Shown here piece by piece: positions 60,951 to 64,000 of a stretch of 64,000 nucleotides of DNA. Positions within the stretch are counted from its first letter, which is position 1. Each line of letters starts with the position of its first letter. The DNA is taken from contig JBHGNT010000012.1 of the NCBI GenBank assembly GCA_043228905.1, positions 19,282,001-19,346,000 on the forward strand, in the 5' to 3' direction. Source of the stretch: Azolla caroliniana. Taxonomy: Eukaryota > Plantae > Polypodiophyta. The notes beneath the pieces were generated by a model, which did not search any database, was not told the origin of the DNA, and worked only from the letters and a program-made list of their open reading frames with translations. The position numbers were made by a program, and so were the translations under genes.

Positions 60951-63451
60951 TGATAAAGTTTTTGCGAGGCTAATGAGAAAACTTTTCACCATAGCCCTAA
61001 AATAACATGGCACTCGTCCAATATGTATATATAATTATTTTCTCTTCAAAACCCCCTTGTCAACGCGGTTGAGAATGTGATGATTGAACTCTAACTTGTG
61101 AGTTATTTCATGGGATATATCTTTTGAATCATTGGGGTGGCTATCAAAATTGTAAGCACTAACATGTAGATTCCGAAACCATCTTGTGTGGTATTGGATA
61201 CGAGAGATCGTATCCCCATCTACTGAAAATCACATTACAATAATTTTGACCATCAACATCAATAAATCCTTGAGCATCATTCGCAAAATCGACGGTTCTC
61301 AAGAGACAAATGAGGATTTCATGCTAAATGCAAGAGATAATGATGGTTCAATATGTAATGGACTAGTCTTTCTGAATTAACTCATTGTTTGATTGTAATG
61401 AGATAGATCTTCATGCATTATAAATTACAAATAAGTCATTAACACTATCGAAGAAGGAAATGGAATATATTTGTCCACACTTCATTATTTTTTAGAAGCC
61501 TCGTTTGGAAAGCAGTCAATAAAATCTATCTTAATAATTTAACTGTCTCCACAAAGAATAAGTTGATTTTTTGTCATGGAGTTTTTCCTCTACAAAAGAT
61601 ATGGACGTCTATTTTGTGACCCATGTGTATCGATACGGTAACAAATAAGAGACAATACATCACATTGTGTTATGCACTTAATGTCTTGTTAGATAGATCA
61701 TAGAGTGTTATGCACAAAAGTTTGTGTTTTAAGTTTCTCTTTATCGAGAAGGCAATAAACAATGCTTGGTTTCTCCAAAATAATTATATAAATGGACGCA
61801 AAATCAATGAGCAATCCACCATATGGTGTTATATTGCATGTAATATCTCGTTTTTTTCTCCCTTGTGGGGAAGGCAATAAAAAATAATTCTACTTCTCGA
61901 AAGTGATTATAAGTTGGATACAAAATCAGTAAGCAATCATGGTTAGATCCAAATATTATGAATCATAATGGAAATAAATACATGAACATTGCATAGGGCC
62001 AAGGAAGTTTGAAACTTGGAAGCCAAGATGGTTATTTCTTGCTTCTCCAAAGCCATTATGGTATTGGATATAAAATCAATCAGCAATCATGTTCGATTGT
62101 GGTTTGAAGTCGAGTAGAGGTCATTAACCCTTGTGACAAGATCCAAGGAAACTATAGTGGTAGTTTTCCATTTCTTGTTACTAGGAATGTCAACCGCCAT
62201 TTTGGTGATCATGGAATGCACTTTATCTGTTGAAACTTGGTTTATAAAGAAAGAGCTCGAACCACCAAAGGGGGCCTAAGAAAGAGTTCTGAATTGTTAA
62301 CATGTCTTTTTACCTGGCAATAAAGCCAATGGTTTCCTTTCCATATAATTTGTATTTTGTGGATTTGGCTTTTGTTAACTAATGGGAGGATTTTCTTTTT
62401 GGGGAAAACAAAGCCAATGATTATTTGTTTTGACTTTGATAGTAAATACCTTAAGAGTCACAATTGATGATTATTGAGCATGACGGGGTTTTAAAGGTTC
62501 TCCTTAAGGGTGTAATGAGGGTGATCTTGATCAAAGCTAAAGTTTGTGTAGAGGACATGGAAATAGCGAGAATGATGGGTATGAGAATGATGGGGGTTCC
62601 TCTTCTTTGGCTTGCCTTTGAAGCTCCTACTAATCATATAGGGCACATAACTTAATCTTTGGTAACAATGAAGGGAATATAGTTTGGAAGCATTTCTATA
62701 GAGCTTGGTCTCATTTAAAATATCCTTTTGAGGAGTGATTGTCACAATCTTATTATTGGTCTCCTCACCCTCGAACATCATATTAACATACACCTTAGTT
62801 GCGCCATTTATGAAATCCTTGATTATATCATTTCCTCCTCCCATCATCATCTTCACTTCCTTATCCAACTTACACCTCAATTCAGCTTGCCTTTCTTCCT
62901 CCAAGAAGTATGCCAATGATTGTGATTGCGGATGAGATTTTGACATCATCAAACTCGACAATGAAAACAACAATGATGATGACATAATGAAGATTCAAAT
63001 TAATGGCATTGATGACATTATAAAGCCCAATGGGGCATTCTTGAACATGGTGACATCGTTGAGCATGACAATGATGATGTTGTTGTTGATGTAAAGTTAC
63101 ATGGAATTCCTTTCGATCCTATTCCTCCAAATTTGATAAGATCGTCACCATCCTTACAACTCCATCATGTGATGCATATGCATGCATACACTTTACTGAT
63201 ATAAAAAACACACATTAGGAACAAAGAAAAGTTTAGAACATTTAATACATAAGTACCAATCTTTACCTCCTCCATGTGATGAGAGGTAGGAGCAATGTCC
63301 ATGGGTCAATGCAATTATAGTTTGTCCCTTTTAAATAGGCTAACCAAAATATAAGTAGGTGTTAGATAAACTCAGAGCTATACTTTTGAAAAGTGTCTGT
63401 ATTGGTTTTGTTTCATTAGATAGCTTAGAGATAATGTGTATGAGAGAGCTA

Positions 63452-63452
<1 letters not shown>

Positions 63453-63535
<83 letters not shown>
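63453..63535. repeat. Compound (TG)n(AG)n microsatellite
   Basis: Seen directly. Confidence 0.97.
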
Positions 63536-63539
<4 letters not shown>

Positions 63540-64000
63540 GAGGAGATGTCTACTCTCAACCATGTCTTCACATTATGCTATATGCCCGCACTAGTCTCCC
63601 TACCTTGATCATGCAAGTCACTCTCTCAATTGTATAATAGTTTTGACTCTTATACGTGTGTGTGTGTGTGTTTGCAAGGCCATGTCAAGATATTCTCTAA
63701 GATATCCTTTCAACAGAAAATCATTGTTCCTTGTTGAATTACAAAGGGTAATATTGGTCCTATCCTTTGTATTCCTCAAACATATTGTCTTATGCCCTTC
63801 ATTGAAAACTAAATATGCCACACATGCTTAAAATCATAATTTACTATTTTGTGAAGACCATTCTTCCACAAAATCAATCAAATTGATCTGATAAAGACAA
63901 CTCAAAAACTTATATCTTGGGTTAATTAGGAATTAAGAAATTATGCTCGCAACAATTGACATATCATTTAATTGTGTAAGGGAAACTATACGGTTACATG

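Noticed and set aside
63359-63637. ORFs with VCVC/RERE or SLSL/HTHT repeats
   Set aside because: Translations of the (TG)n(AG)n microsatellite.

Overview
Eukaryotic plant nuclear DNA, probably from a seed-free land plant (inferred only from the TE lineages). A small gene island at about 10.3-17.7 kb holds two convergent genes: a five-exon GT34/MNN10-like glycosyltransferase (+) and an intronless nuclear copy of the mitochondrial-type ribosomal protein L10 with an N-terminal presequence (-). To the left lie two nested Ty1/copia remnants and a 5.9-kb hAT transposon carrying a MITE, a truncated LINE and a solo LTR. To the right is a ~35-kb nest. Copia A (-) is interrupted in its RT by copia B (+, 21918-52278). 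Copia B carries a gypsy with a tRNA-Trp PBS and a 4-bp TSD, a stack of three related non-chromovirus gypsy families that share an accessory ORF, and further LTR insertions. The most unusual signal is in two of the stacked gypsy families, which have unrelated LTRs. In both, a tRNA-Arg primer-binding-site-like motif abuts the LTR on the strand opposite to the ORFs, exactly where the polypurine tract should be. The last 9 kb are decayed TE remnants and microsatellites. All alignments and family assignments were made by eye and from memory.
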